A stretch of DNA of 64,000 bases from Octopus vulgaris (lineage: Eukaryota). Below, in pieces: positions 28,110 to 40,394 of the stretch. The stretch is from contig OX597822.1 of assembly GCA_951406725.2 (NCBI GenBank), positions 9,424,001-9,488,000 of the forward strand, read 5' to 3'. Position 1 is the stretch's first letter. Each line of letters begins with the position of its first letter. The notes beneath the pieces are model-generated. The model made no database searches and was not told the DNA's origin. It saw only the letters and a list, made by a program, of their open reading frames with translations. The position numbers and the translations under genes are program-made.

Positions 28110-28310
28110 TTCAAGTTTTGGCTCCAGACCAGCAAGTTCGGAGGAGGGAATAAATCTATAAAATCGGCTCCAGTACTTAACTGGTACTTATTTTATCGAT
28201 CTCGAAAGAATGAAAGGCAGAGTCGGCCTCTGCGGAATTTTAACTCTGAACGTAAAGACGAAATTCTAAGCATTTCGTTCGGCGCGTTAAGGGTTCTGCC
28301 AGCTCGCCGC
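28110..28310 (-). mobile_element. SINE family B (degenerate)
   Basis: CTGGTACTTATTTTATCGA...GAATGAAAGGC...CTGCCAGCTCGCC. Confidence 0.7.
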
Positions 28311-28769
28311 TTTAACTTGCTAGAAATATTAGCTTTACAAATATTAGTTTATCTGCCCTAAGTTTTCTTCAAACTATAACGAAAGGGTTGTATTTTGGTC
28401 CATATAATATAAAGATCATCATTACCTCGAATAATAATTGACAATCTAGCTACGTGAGAAATTTGAGACTGTCTAAAATATTATTTTCACATGAGCGATC
28501 TGTCGCTGTCCAAAATGATATTTTCACATTTATTTCAATGACATTTTAGTGCAGCCAACCTACTTCGATCGCTTTGTCCCGCCTTGTCTATTTTGGATGG
28601 ATTAAACATGAATCCATTGTTTATCTCTCCTCCACGTGGATATAGATTTGATATAATGTCTCTGAAAACTGTATCGGCGGGAAATAATTGCTAACTCCTG
28701 ATACGATTAATTAAGCTGAGCATGTTTAAGATTAGAGGATGGACAAAATGTCACTCCTGCTGCTGCTGC

Positions 28770-28802
<33 letters not shown>

Positions 28803-29166
28803 GGTGGTGGTGGTGGTGGTGGTGGTGGTGGTGGTGGTGCGTGGAGGGGGTGATGGTGATGATGATGATAGTGATGATGACGACGATGACGATGATGACG
28901 TTGTTGCAGCTGATTGATGTCAATGATGTTATGGTTGTTTGTGTTGTTATATTTGTTGTTGTAAATGACATTATTTTGTTGTTGTTGTTCCCGTTTAGCT
29001 GCAGTTCAATCCTGATGAGGCAAATACATTTTCACTGGCTTCAGATCCGGTCGTGACGATTCCGTTTTACCAAGTTTGTCGAGGACTATATTATTTAATG
29101 TGGTCCTAATTGCCCTTATTCCATTTTAATAACGTTAGGTGCAATTTGCTGAATGCTTGGTAACTA

Positions 29167-29731
29167 TTGGGTTGTCCGGAAAGTTCGTGCAGATTTATAG
29201 TAGCTTACATTTCGACTTATTTTAGAACATGGTTGAGTCCATAAAATAGGATTTGACTACACCCCATTTAGAGCATAGTTTAAGCTATCTTTTCGTGAAA
29301 GAATGTTTATGTTCCTATAATCTGTGTTAATTCTGTAACCCTTTAAAATGGAAGATAAGAAAGTTCATTTTCACCACTTGATGATTTGGGAACCACACAA
29401 AAATTGCTGCAGCTCGGCTGGGATGTGTTTCTCCACCCTCCATATTCACCAGATATTGCTCCTTCGGATAACCACTTATTCAGATCTCTGCAGAATAGTC
29501 TTAATGGTAAATATTTCAATTCCTGGGATGACGTAAAAAGATACCTTGATGAATTCTTTGCCATGAAACTACGTCAATTCTGGGAAGATGGTATTTTCAA
29601 GTTAAAGGAAAGATGTAGACGCATCGTGCAACAAAATGGTTCATATTTGGTTGATTAAAAATGCAATGGCAAGTATTTATTGAACTTTTTCTTTCCGTTA
29701 AAAATCGGCACGAACTTTCCGGACAACTCAA
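29167..29731 (+). mobile_element. Internally deleted mariner (non-autonomous), copy 1
   Basis: TIRs TTGGGTTGTCCGGAAAGTTCGTGC / GCACGAACTTTCCGGACAACTCAA with TA flanks; MEDKKVHFHHLM fused to QKLLQLGWDV..HPPYSPDIAPSD. Confidence 0.9.
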
Positions 29732-31559
29732 TATTTCTGGCCGACTAAAACATCTCGGAACTTCTGTATTTATCTCTTATGTGGAGGATGTGGGATGATT
29801 TAAGTTAAAATGGAAGGAACCCATAGTATGCGCAGCATTGCTTCATGGAATTGCTGAGATCAATGCAGCTGATATTTTTCTTCAACACCTAGAAGTTGGC
29901 ATGAGAAAGGAATTTTCGGTTGTTATTATAAGGAAGGAAGAAATGGAGATGTGCTTGGTGTGTGACCTGAGGATGGACACAATGTTGTGATAAGATGAGG
30001 AGATACGAAAACATTCATGCCATGAGACCAGCCAGACTTGAGGAGCAGAGAACAATAGAGAGGTAATAAAAAAAGACAGACAGCAGGCATGCGTGAACAC
30101 TAGATGTTTAACTGCATGGTGCATATTGCTTATAAAAAAAATTCAAATTTCAATTATCTATTATCGTTTAAATTTCACTTCTTCATTTCTATTTTTTATC
30201 TGCTTGTCCTTTCTCTTATCATTTTTTCCCCCTTTCATCAATTCTTCTTTTTTTTCTTTCTGTTCTTTGCTAATTTTCTCCCATTTTTTCTATATTATTT
30301 TCCATCAGTTTTTCCACATTCATTTTTAACAGTTTTACAGTTTTCTCTTTCCCAAGCTTCCTCACTTCACCCATTAACAGTTTTCTTTTCATACACATTT
30401 TTTTCCATAACTTCCTTAACGGTTTTTCTTTTCCTATTGGTTACCAATTTTCTTTCTCAATTCAGTGAAGTTAGTTATCACTGTTATATTTTCTCGGTCA
30501 GTTTGCCGTGATGTATGTTCCCATGTAATACTAAGAAACTTTTCTCTTTTATTATCATTATTAATCTGTGTAGGTGTGTGTATGTGTGTGCATTCGTGAG
30601 TGTGTGTGGGTGTAAGTATTTTACTATAAATCATGTTAATTTCCTGTAAATTTTTCGCCAAAAGATTTCTATTTGCTTTACGATCTGACATTATTATTTT
30701 CCGTTTGTATATTCCTCCGTAGAAATTTTTTATCACCCAGAAATGTTTTATATCCCGTGTTATTTTTCTATTTTCTATATTTCTTAATTTCTTATATCTT
30801 CTTAGTTTTCAGAAGTTCGCACCCTATTAACTGTATGAGAATCTTTTCTTTCTTTTTTTAAATCTTATATCTTCTTATACTATAAGATTTTTCTCCGTAT
30901 TAAGCTATATTGATTTATCCAGCACAACAGACAAAACTTTCACTTCTATTTAATGTTTCGTTTTTCGTTTTATCTATGCTGCGTCGTTTTTTTATTATTC
31001 ATCCAATGTCGTTTCGGTTATCATTACTACATATCTAACATTATGGAATCATAGACTCTTCAACAGTATTTCTCACACAACTTTTCTCTGGTTCTTATTG
31101 CTGTTGGTATTAACCCCAAATTACCCACGAGCCAACAGACCAATGATTTAAGGTGTGGCTTTCCTGCCATTTTTCCCAGACCTTACGTATCTAGGACTAC
31201 ATTTTCCAATGTGTCCATTTAAAAAAAAATTTAAACAGAAGTTTGTCATTTCGTTATCATTCGTTTCATTTTCATTTCACACTTAACACAGTTTCTTTGA
31301 TATATAATGTATGTGTGTGTGCGTAGAGAAGCACAGAGTGAGATAATATGTATATCATGTATATCAGATGATCCTAATATAACGCAACCAGGGGATCCTT
31401 TTTGGTATAAATCACAAGTTAAAAAGGAAGGAGGAAGGCCAACAAACACTTGGTGGCAATTTTGCTAGTGAGAGAAAATCCTAATGGAAGTGGGCAACTG
31501 GTGGAGAAGGTCCAGGATGAGGATGAGGGGTGAACGAAAGTTGATGATTTATGCCCCAG

Positions 31560-31735
31560 GGAGTGAGTGAGTGAGTGAGGGAATGAGGGAAAGAGTGAGT
31601 GAGTGGGTGAATGAGTGGTGAGTGAGTGAATGAGTGAGTGAGGGAGGGAGGGAAGGAGGGAAGGAGGGAGAGAGTGAGTGAGTGGGTGAATGAGTGGTGA
31701 GTGAGTGAGTGAGTGAGGGGGAGGGAAGGGGGAGT
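31560..31735. repeat. G-rich (GAGT/GAGG) compound repeat
   Basis: Unit GAGTGAGTGGGTGAATGAGTGGTGAGT, also found at 36983-37470. Confidence 0.85.
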
Positions 31736-31909
31736 AACTTCCTCAAATCACAACTTATCATCTTAATAAAAGTGTGGATGCACTGGACAATGTAGTCTTA
31801 GATGCATTATGGTCGAAAATGACAGGATGGTCACGACTGAAGCACCTATTAGTCGTCGTCTGCTCGATCACTATTAGCTTAAACAACAACTACAACAGCA
31901 ACAACAAGT

Positions 31910-32092
31910 GGAAGCGCAATGGCCCAGTGGTTAGGGCAGCGGACTCGCGGTTGTAAGAACACGGTTTCGATTCCCAGGCCAGGCATTGTGAGTGTTTATT
32001 GAGCAAAAACACCTAAGCTCCACGAGGCTCCGGCGGGGTGGGGGTGAATCCCTCTGTACTCTTTCACCACAACTTCCTCTCACTTTTTCTTC
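31910..32092 (+). mobile_element. SINE family C 5' part
   Basis: GCGCAATGGCCCAGTGGTTAGGGCAGCGGACTCGCGG head. Confidence 0.85.
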
Positions 32093-32687
32093 ATACTTAT
32101 GCCAGAAAGCAGAGGGACCATGGTGTAATCCACTATGGTGTGGCAAACCTTCAGATCCTAGTCTAGATTGCGAATCCTCTGTACCCCAGGATGGTTCAGA
32201 AATGGTAACCAAATTTCCCTCATTCTGCATTGTACTATTATAAAAACAATGATGGATACATTGGGTAATATCATGCCAAATACAATATGACTTCGATCAC
32301 AGATCTATTTGATCAGAGCAGCAACAACTACAATAATAACATCAACAAGAAGAATGTTGAAAGCGATAACAAACAAAGAAAGAAACGAAAACAAAGAAAT
32401 TGTATGAGAAATATTGATGAAGGATCAATATTTGATTGCATAATGTTAGATGTGTAACAGCGATAACTCAAACGAAATTTGATGACCAATAAAAATGTAT
32501 CAACACTGATAAAATGAAAAGCAAAACAATAAATGCAAGAGAAAGTTCTGTCTATAATGTGGGGTAATAACAATACAGATTAACATAGAGTATATTTCCC
32601 CTCTTTTTCGTATTTCTATCTCACAATAACAAAAATTATATATATATAGATATATGTCTGTGTGGGAGAGAATATATGTGTTCATGC

Positions 32688-32736
<49 letters not shown>

Positions 32737-32902
32737 CTTGTATATTTATAATGAATATAAATTCATACATACATATATGCATACATAAAAAATTCCATGA
32801 TTACAGAGTCACGGGTGGAGTAAAAAGAAAACAAACGAAACTAACTAATGTGGAATAGTATGTCAGAACAGATAAAAATGTATGTACGCGCAGGTGTGTG
32901 TG

Positions 32903-33286
32903 GATGGAAGCACTCCGTCGGTTACGACGACAAGGGTTCCGGTTGATCCGAATCAACGGAACAGCCTGCTCGTGAAATTAACATGTAAGTGGCTGAGTAC
33001 TCCACAGACACGTGTACCCTTAACGTAGTTCTCGGGGATATTCAGCGTGACACAGAGAGTGACAAGGCCGGCCCCTTGAAATACGGGTACAACAGAAACA
33101 GGAAGTAAGAGTGAGAGAAAGTTGTGGTGAAAGAGTACAGCAGGGATCACCACCATCCCCTGCCGGAGCCTCGTGGAGCTTTAAGTGTTTTCGCTCAATA
33201 AACACTCACAACGCCTGGTCTGGGAATCGAAACTGCGATCCTATGACCGCGAGTCCGTTGCCCTAACCACTGGGCCATTGCGCCTC
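32903..33286 (-). mobile_element. SINE family C, full length
   Basis: Reverse complement of 62583-62939. Confidence 0.9.
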
Positions 33287-33725
33287 CTTGCTGGTGTGTG
33301 TACATATATACATATATATATGTATCTATCTATCTGTTTATCTATCCATCCATTCATCTATCTATCTATCCATCTGTCTGTGCATCTGCCGATGTGTTCG
33401 AGGTAAAACATTCTCAAAAGTCTCTCGTCTAAACATTCCGAATAAAAATTCTGGATCGAACTGGAAACCACATCTTTGAGAAGCAAACAGTTTAAGTAAG
33501 TGATCGTATTTGCATCCAGAAATTCTCTTGAAGCATATAAATATCAACAGCAAATCAGAATCGTACGTATGTACGTGTGTATATGTGTGCGTGCGTATGT
33601 GTACATATATATATATATATATAGTTAATCAAAACATGAAAACACAAAGAGAAAACACAACAACGTGAGGACGTGGAACAAGTATAGTGTTATTGGACGA
33701 TCAGGAAAGGAAAGAAAGAAGGAGG

Positions 33726-33760
33726 ATTTAACGTTTCCAGCGGAGCACTTCGTCTGAAAC
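33726..33760 (-). ncRNA. Degenerate minimal Penelope-type hammerhead in a (TA)n-flanked element (33620-33840)
   Basis: GUUU-CAGACGA-A-GUGC-UCC-GCUG-GAAAC-GUU-AAAU; core U4A change and stem II mismatches. Confidence 0.5.
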
Positions 33761-33836
33761 ATAGGAAAAGGAAAGATCCAAGGAAGGGAAGACGGAGGGA
33801 AAAATCACCAACGATACACACACGGTCACATATTGA

Positions 33837-33870
<34 letters not shown>

Positions 33871-33874
<4 letters not shown>

Positions 33875-34255
33875 TTTCACTTGATCACCTTGACCGACCA
33901 GTCCATCAGGCGTCCATTTGACACCGCTGGTCACAGCACGCTGTCCACTCCTCTCTGGATCGCGCCTTTATCATCCACGTTATCCCAATCGTCCTCCTGA
34001 AATCGTAACTCCACCGTCGTGGAGGTCTTCCGGGTGGTCTTTTCCGCTCGCGCGGGTACCACTCGACAACTGCGTGCGTCCACCGATTATCGGTGAACCG
34101 GGCGACGTGTCCAGCCCATCTAAACTTGCTGCGTGTATACTCTGCGATGACATCTCTCACGCCGGACTTCTTTCTGATGATCTCGCTACTGATGTGCTCT
34201 CTCAACAAGATACCAAGCATTGACCTTTCCATGGCTCTTTGAGCTGTTACCAGTC
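33871..34255 (-). mobile_element. RTE-clade LINE 3' fragment
   Basis: QRAMERSMLG...KFRWAGHVAR...W.PR..KRPPGRPPRRW, with a short tandem 3' tail (AAGTGA). Confidence 0.9.
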
Positions 34256-35851
34256 TTATATATGAATGTATGTATATATGTGTATAGGTATTTATATGTA
34301 TATGTATATGTGTGAGTAGGTATTTATGATCTGTGCATATGAATCTTCGAATAGAAAACGTAGTCGTATGAAGGATATAAGAAATAATAATAATATTAAT
34401 ACAATTAGCATATGACTAAGGTAATTATATAATGAAAAGACCTAAAGTATGAGATATATAGATGTAAAATTAAATATAAGAATCTCTGAGAGTTTTTAGG
34501 GTGCAAAGTATTAAAGAATGAGATCGTATAACCGACAATATATTTTACAGTTTCTAGTGCACCTGATGTCTGCTGGCGAAAACTTATGGAAAATTAAGAA
34601 GGTTTACAATATATAAGAACACAAGTTAACAAAGAAGATAAAAATCAATAAACTCGTTGATACAGGAGAATGGAAAAGGAGAAAGTGATATATAATAAAA
34701 TTGAAACTACTGGCAAATAATGAATGTAGACAACTGATAAGGGATGAATTTGAAAAACTGATAAAAAGGGAAAAGAAAAATTTTATGAAGAATGGAAAAA
34801 GCAAGAAGATAAAGCGATGTAGAATGGACATGGAAAAAGCAAGAAGATAAAGCGATGTAGAATGGACATGAAAAAAGAAAAAATGCAGAAGCAAAAATCT
34901 ACAAGGAATGGAGAAGTGGAAACTGATAAAGAATAGATGTAGAAAACTGGCAAAGAACACGTCTGAAAAACTGATAAAAACGGAAAAAGAAAATCTGATA
35001 AAAAATGCGAAAAGTGGAAAATTCTAATAAACAACAGATAGAAAAGATGAAACTTATAAGGATGAAATGAAAAATGATATCAAAAGAAGAAATGAAAAAT
35101 TGATGCGGAATGTATATAAATATACTGACAAAGAATGCAAAAGAAAAAAAATTGATAACGAATTTAAATGATAAAACAGCTAAAAAACTGAAATGAAAAC
35201 TGAAAAGAATGATAAAAAAGAAGTCTGGTTTTTTTTTTCCTTTTTTCTTTTAGTTTCAGCTCAGAGCTGCGGCCATGCTGATGCACCGCCGTTAAAAAAT
35301 GTTTAATGAATAAAGAATACGGAATTAAAACTGATGTAAAATTCAAAATTGCTATATGGTTATGTAATTTCGAATGAAGAATGATCATGGGAAAACAGGT
35401 AAAAATGGTAAGCAAAAGATTGATTTTAAAAATAGAAAAGTGAAGCAGACAAAGGATGTAAAAGGAAAAACCCATAAGAAATCGAAAAGAAAAGATTAAT
35501 AAAGTATTGATATGGAGAATTGATAACGGATGGATATAAAAAAAACTTGCAAAGAACGATATGGAAAACTGACAAAGGAGGGATATTTTTAAAAAATGAT
35601 AAATAATGAATTTATGTAGAAAAACTGATAAATGATACTTATGAAAATTAATAGACAATGCAGCTTTTACTTTTTAGCTCTTAAAGAGTGTCAATTGCAT
35701 TGATGTCAGTGGTCTCATGGGATAATACTGCGACTGGCATGGGCACTGACCATTCTTCCAAAGAAAACTATTTAAAATACGAGAAATATGCCAATTTTTA
35801 ATGATCTGACGTTACACCTGGAATATAAGATACACTCTTATTTTGGTACAC

Positions 35852-36083
35852 ATCAAGGGCAAAGCAAAGTCTCGGAGCGGTTGACGGAGACCTCTCTAGA
35901 GGAGGGAATGAAGGCGGCCGAAGAGACGGAGGACTCCTCAAAGAAGAGCCACAAGAGGAAGAAGGAGAGCAATAATGGGTGCTCACCAAAGGATCCTGGG
36001 GATGAAGGAGGGAGGCGAAATCTCCAGGTCACGGAGAAGACTCACCCTCCCTCAGTCGAGAAGAAAAAAAGAGGAAGAGGAGG
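35852..36083 (+). repeat. Isolated internal copy of the ORF1-only element (42162-42392)
   Basis: Near-identical CAAGGGCAAAGCAAAGT...GAGGAAGAGGAGG. Confidence 0.9.
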
Positions 36084-36927
36084 ACGATCAGACTCGTTGA
36101 GTTTGCCGATGTGTTAGAGGTACAACATTCTAAAAAGTCTCTCGTCTAAACATTCCGAATAGAAATCCTGGATCGAACTGGAAACCACATCTTTGAGAAG
36201 CAAACAGTTTAAGTAAGTGATCGTATTTGCATCCAGAAATTCTCTTGAAGCATATAAATATCAACAGCAAACTAGAATCGATACAATCAGCTTTATACCA
36301 AAATATTCGGGTTTGATGTGGGTAGCTAGATTAACCTTGGTACCTACAATTGCCCGTTCTGCTCAGATACATATGGAAATCGTTGCAGCAAAATTTAATG
36401 AGTAACCATATGTTTGCAAGTCCAACACCAAATACATACAATCATTTTATAAGGAATTTCACAAACCTGAAAGCTTCAGGGTAAAGCAGTTAACGATATC
36501 AGATAATTTTGAAGCAGATTTTAAATAATTAGTAACTGGCAACACAGTGGACTGATTAATCGATACAAGGTTATACACACAGAAAATCAGAAAACACTAT
36601 CCTCTGTGAACTTCGCCAATATTACAGTGTTACTAATTACCGTTTATCTTCTAAAAATAATGAGGTAATTCTTCCTCATTCTTGATTATTCATTTTGCCA
36701 ATGGCATGTTGAAAATTCCCCAACGACAGTTGCAAGGTTCGTCTATTAATTCATTTCATATATGTGTGTGTGTGTGTGTGTGTGTACACTCACACACACA
36801 CAAGTATTTACGTATTTGTAATGATACATATATTTACATATATACATGCATAAGCATATGCATACACATACGTACGCACTTATTTAAATTGATATATCTA
36901 TGTATATGCCTATGTATATATAAATAT

Positions 36928-37605
36928 GTAAAGCAGCAGAAAATTCAACAAATCCTGTTACTCTGAGTTTCCCGTTGCCGTTCATCGGACAGTTTTTGCT
37001 AGTGAGTGAGTGGGTGAATGAGTGGTGAGTGAGGGAGGGAGGGATGGAGGGAGAGAGTGAGTGAGTGAGTGGGTGAATGAGTGGTGAGTGAGTGAGGGAG
37101 GGAGGGAGGGAAGGACAGTTTTTGCTAGTGAGTGAGTGAGTGGGTGAATGAGTGGTGAGTGAGGGAGGGAGGGAGGGAGGGAAGGACAGTTTTTGCTAGT
37201 GAGTGAGTGAGTGGGTGAATGAGTGGTGAGTGAGTGAGGGAGGGAGGGAGGGAAGGAGGGAGAGAGTGAGTGAGTGGGTGAATGAGTGGTGAGTGAGGGA
37301 GTGAGGGAGGGAGGGAGGGAAAGACAGTTTTTGCTAGTGAGTGAGTGAGTGGGTGAATGAGTGGTGAGTGAGGGAGGGAGGGAAGGAGGGAGAGAGTGAG
37401 TGAGTGGGTGAATGAGTGGTGAGTGAGTGAGTGAGGGAGGGAGGGAGGGAAGGAGGGAGTGAGTGAGTGGAAACGGCAACGGGAAACTCAGAGTAACAGG
37501 TTTTGTTGAATTTTCTGCTGCTTTAAATAAAGCATATTACTCTACCACTGGTATTTGAGTACTCTTTTTTTCCACCTTGTTTCACATTTATGTGTTTACT
37601 CCGGT
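36928..37605. mobile_element. Inverted Penelope-like termini flanking a G-rich minisatellite; variant hammerhead at 36951-36996 (-)
   Basis: 36932-36981 is inverted at 37472-37523. Minus strand reads CUGU-CCGAUGA-ACG-GCAA-CGG-GAAACUC-A-GAGUA-ACAG. Confidence 0.65.
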
Positions 37606-37952
37606 ATATACATATATATATATACATATAAATACCTGAGAAATATTATGTGAACGCACGTCTCTTTTAGTAACACATATTTTCTTCCTTTTCTCCTCTC
37701 TCTCTCTCTCTTTCTCAACTTTTTCTATCCTTTTTTTTTTCTCTGTTTCTTAAAGACTATCACTCCAAACATCAGATTCTCATCTATTTTCTCTTTGGAA
37801 TATAAATCTTTCTCCACTTCTTGGTTTTTTAACTTTTTCGCTTTCTATTTCTACACTTTTGAGGTATGTACTATAGCCTTTCTAACTCGCATATTTTTTT
37901 CTGTTTCAGTTTCTTTGCTCCCTGCCTCAGATTTTACTCGTCTTATATATAT

Positions 37953-38069
37953 ACATATAAGAGGGATGACCACTAACTGGACATCTATTATGCTAGAAGT
38001 CAACCTTCTATAGAAGGTTGACTTCTAGCATAATGGATGTCCACTTAGTGGTCATCCCCTCTTATATGT
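37953..38069. repeat. Near-perfect zero-spacer palindrome (about 117 bp)
   Basis: ACATATAAGAGGGATGACCACTAA...AACCTTCTA|TAGAAGGTT...TTAGTGGTCATCCCCTCTTATATGT. Confidence 0.95.
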
Positions 38070-38190
38070 GTGTAATATAATTTTTCTGATTCTTCAGATT
38101 TTTCTATATGCTAGACCATTGGTTTTAAATTGATACTAACCAAATTAATATTCAATTTTTCACCCTTATTATTTAAAATACATACATACG

Positions 38191-38249
<59 letters not shown>

Positions 38250-38310
38250 CGTATTATGTTTAGAAAGCCATGCACGTTAGCTGAATTTCCCTCTCACATT
38301 TTGATATGCA

Positions 38311-38387
38311 TTAACTGAAGAAGATATTGTGTACTGGATGACATCCTTTTTTATTTATTGCCTAGTTAACTGGAACGTACGTATTAA
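38311..38387 (+). ncRNA. Degenerate type I hammerhead in a (TA)n-flanked 160-bp segment
   Basis: UUAA-CUGAAGA-AG...CU-GGAAC-GUAC-GUA-UUAA; GAAA changed to GGAA. Confidence 0.5.
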
Positions 38388-38404
38388 ATTCATTTAAAAT
38401 ATGC

Positions 38405-38444
<40 letters not shown>

Positions 38445-39865
38445 AACCTTTACATAAAGGAATAACGTGAAATACACGAAGGGACCTTTACATAAAGGAA
38501 TAACGTGAAATACACGAAGGGACGAACAAAAAAGCAAACGGGTCATTCAAAGCCTTCATTCTTCAGTCAGAAACTGATCCCACATCGCAGATTTCGGCTG
38601 TTTAATTCTGAGATCCGCTCTGAATCAGCCAGCCACAGAAGGAAATACATACATACATATGTATATATATATACATATATATATACATATGTATGTATGT
38701 GTGCATGTATGTATGTATATATGTATGTATGTGCATACTTACGTATTAAGGTCTAAATTTGCCAGAAGTCTCAGTCGAGGTGTACATATCAATAATATGC
38801 ATATTTTTCGAAGCAAAATTAAGTTCTTGGTTCTCACAAACATGTACATAAGTATATTTCCTTCATCAATATTCTGCAAAAAAAGAATGTATTAAATACA
38901 TATTCGATTCTACAGCATCATAACTAACGTAATGTTATATCCTGAAAATATGAGTGTGTGTTCTTTAATTTTAGTAGGCATTCTGTTTACCTTATATATA
39001 TAATGAATATACACAGGTATGCATATACACACAACCAATAACATATATTAGTAGGTAGAGAAATGGGAGAGACACATGGAGAGGTTTTATTTGGTTGTAA
39101 ACTTACTATTGTATTGCTGTTGTATTTCTGTGTTAAAACTGTAATTTTCAATAATTAATTCTCGATTCATGAAGCTATAATTATATATTTTTATATTGTA
39201 TATAATTTATTTGAAAAAGCAGACATAATACTTGAAGGCAAAACTTAAGCAATTATAAAACAAATATAAAAGTTTTGAAGTTATCTTGTCAATGAATTTT
39301 ATACTAACATACTTAATACACTAAATCAAAATAAATAATATTTTGGTAAGTTAAAATTACTTCGCTGGAACATGTCGGTAGTTGTGGTCGTAAGACCAAA
39401 GATTAGTGTCTCTTTCCCACTGCATTCTATTTGTAATTACTTACTGGTTGATTAACATTTACGTTTTTTACCCTGTCTTCTAGACCAAAGCTGAATTAAT
39501 CATTAAGTTAATGATTTTTTTCTCCTTAGTTAAATTAATTTTAATTAATTAAAACAATTTTCGTTGACTACATAGTGTATTTATGTCCCCGTCACTTAGC
39601 GGTTCGGCAAAAGAGACCGATAGAATAAGTACTGGGCTTACAAAGAATGTCCCGGGGTTGATTTGCTCGACTAAAGGCGGTGCTCCAGCATGGCCGCAGT
39701 CAAATGACTGAAACAAGTAAAAGAGTAAAAGAATAAAGAGTACATTAAATGTTAGTTTCGACCTATGAGTTTTTCGTTAAATTCACATATTTAATATATA
39801 TATTTTTTCAAATTTTGGAAGGTGGGGGGGTCGATTACGTTGACCCCAGTGCATAACTGGTTCTT

Positions 39866-40394
39866 ATTTACATTATTTACAGTCGACGGATATTTGTCCT
39901 CACCTTATTTGTTGTTACCACAACGTTACGGCTGATATACCATCCAGCCTTCTTCAGGTGTCTTGGAGAAATTTCGCACCTTGTTTGTTGTTACCACAAC
40001 GTTACGGCTGATATACCATCCAGCCTTCTTCAGGTGTCTTGGAGAAATTTCGAACCTGAGTTTTCTTTCCTAAGATAATTTAGGTTACGGGCATATGGTG
40101 TCGTGGTTAAGAGCGCGGGCTACTAACCCCAAGATTCCGAGTTCGATTCAAAGCAGTGACATGAACAACAATAATAATAATAAGAAGAAGAAGAAGAACA
40201 ATAACAACAACATCGAAAATTGCCTTAGGAATGAGAACCTAGGTTCGAAATTTCCCCCAAGACATCTGAAGAAGGCTGGAGGGTATATCAGCCAAAACGC
40301 TTTGTTAACAACAAACAAGATGAGGACAAATATCCATCGAATGTAAATAATGTGAATAACGTACATAGTTCCTCATCTCTTAAATATAGAACTG
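39866..40394 (+). mobile_element. tRNA-headed hammerhead SINE (family E) with upstream inverted 3' copy, nested in a family B SINE
   Basis: tRNA-like head 40089-40160 (TGGTGTCGTGG, GTTCGATTC), (AAC/AAT)n linker, HHR-like 40261-40306, inverted arm 39866-40081. Confidence 0.8.

Noticed and set aside
29010-29045. CTGATGAGGC hammerhead-like word
   Set aside because: No GAAA partner or stems I and III
29760-30124. Possible CR1/L2-like LINE 3' remnant on the minus strand (CLSFF...NSFL..TS)
   Set aside because: Too degenerate to support without a profile search
34600-35660. Purine-skewed tract with recurring AAAACTGATAAA and a 38-bp tandem duplication
   Set aside because: Low-complexity with many stops; the hydrophobic antisense ORFs are compositional artefacts
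40089-40160. tRNA gene calls for the heads of SINE families A, B, C and E
   Set aside because: A/B boxes are present but there is no complete acceptor stem, and they continue into repeat bodies
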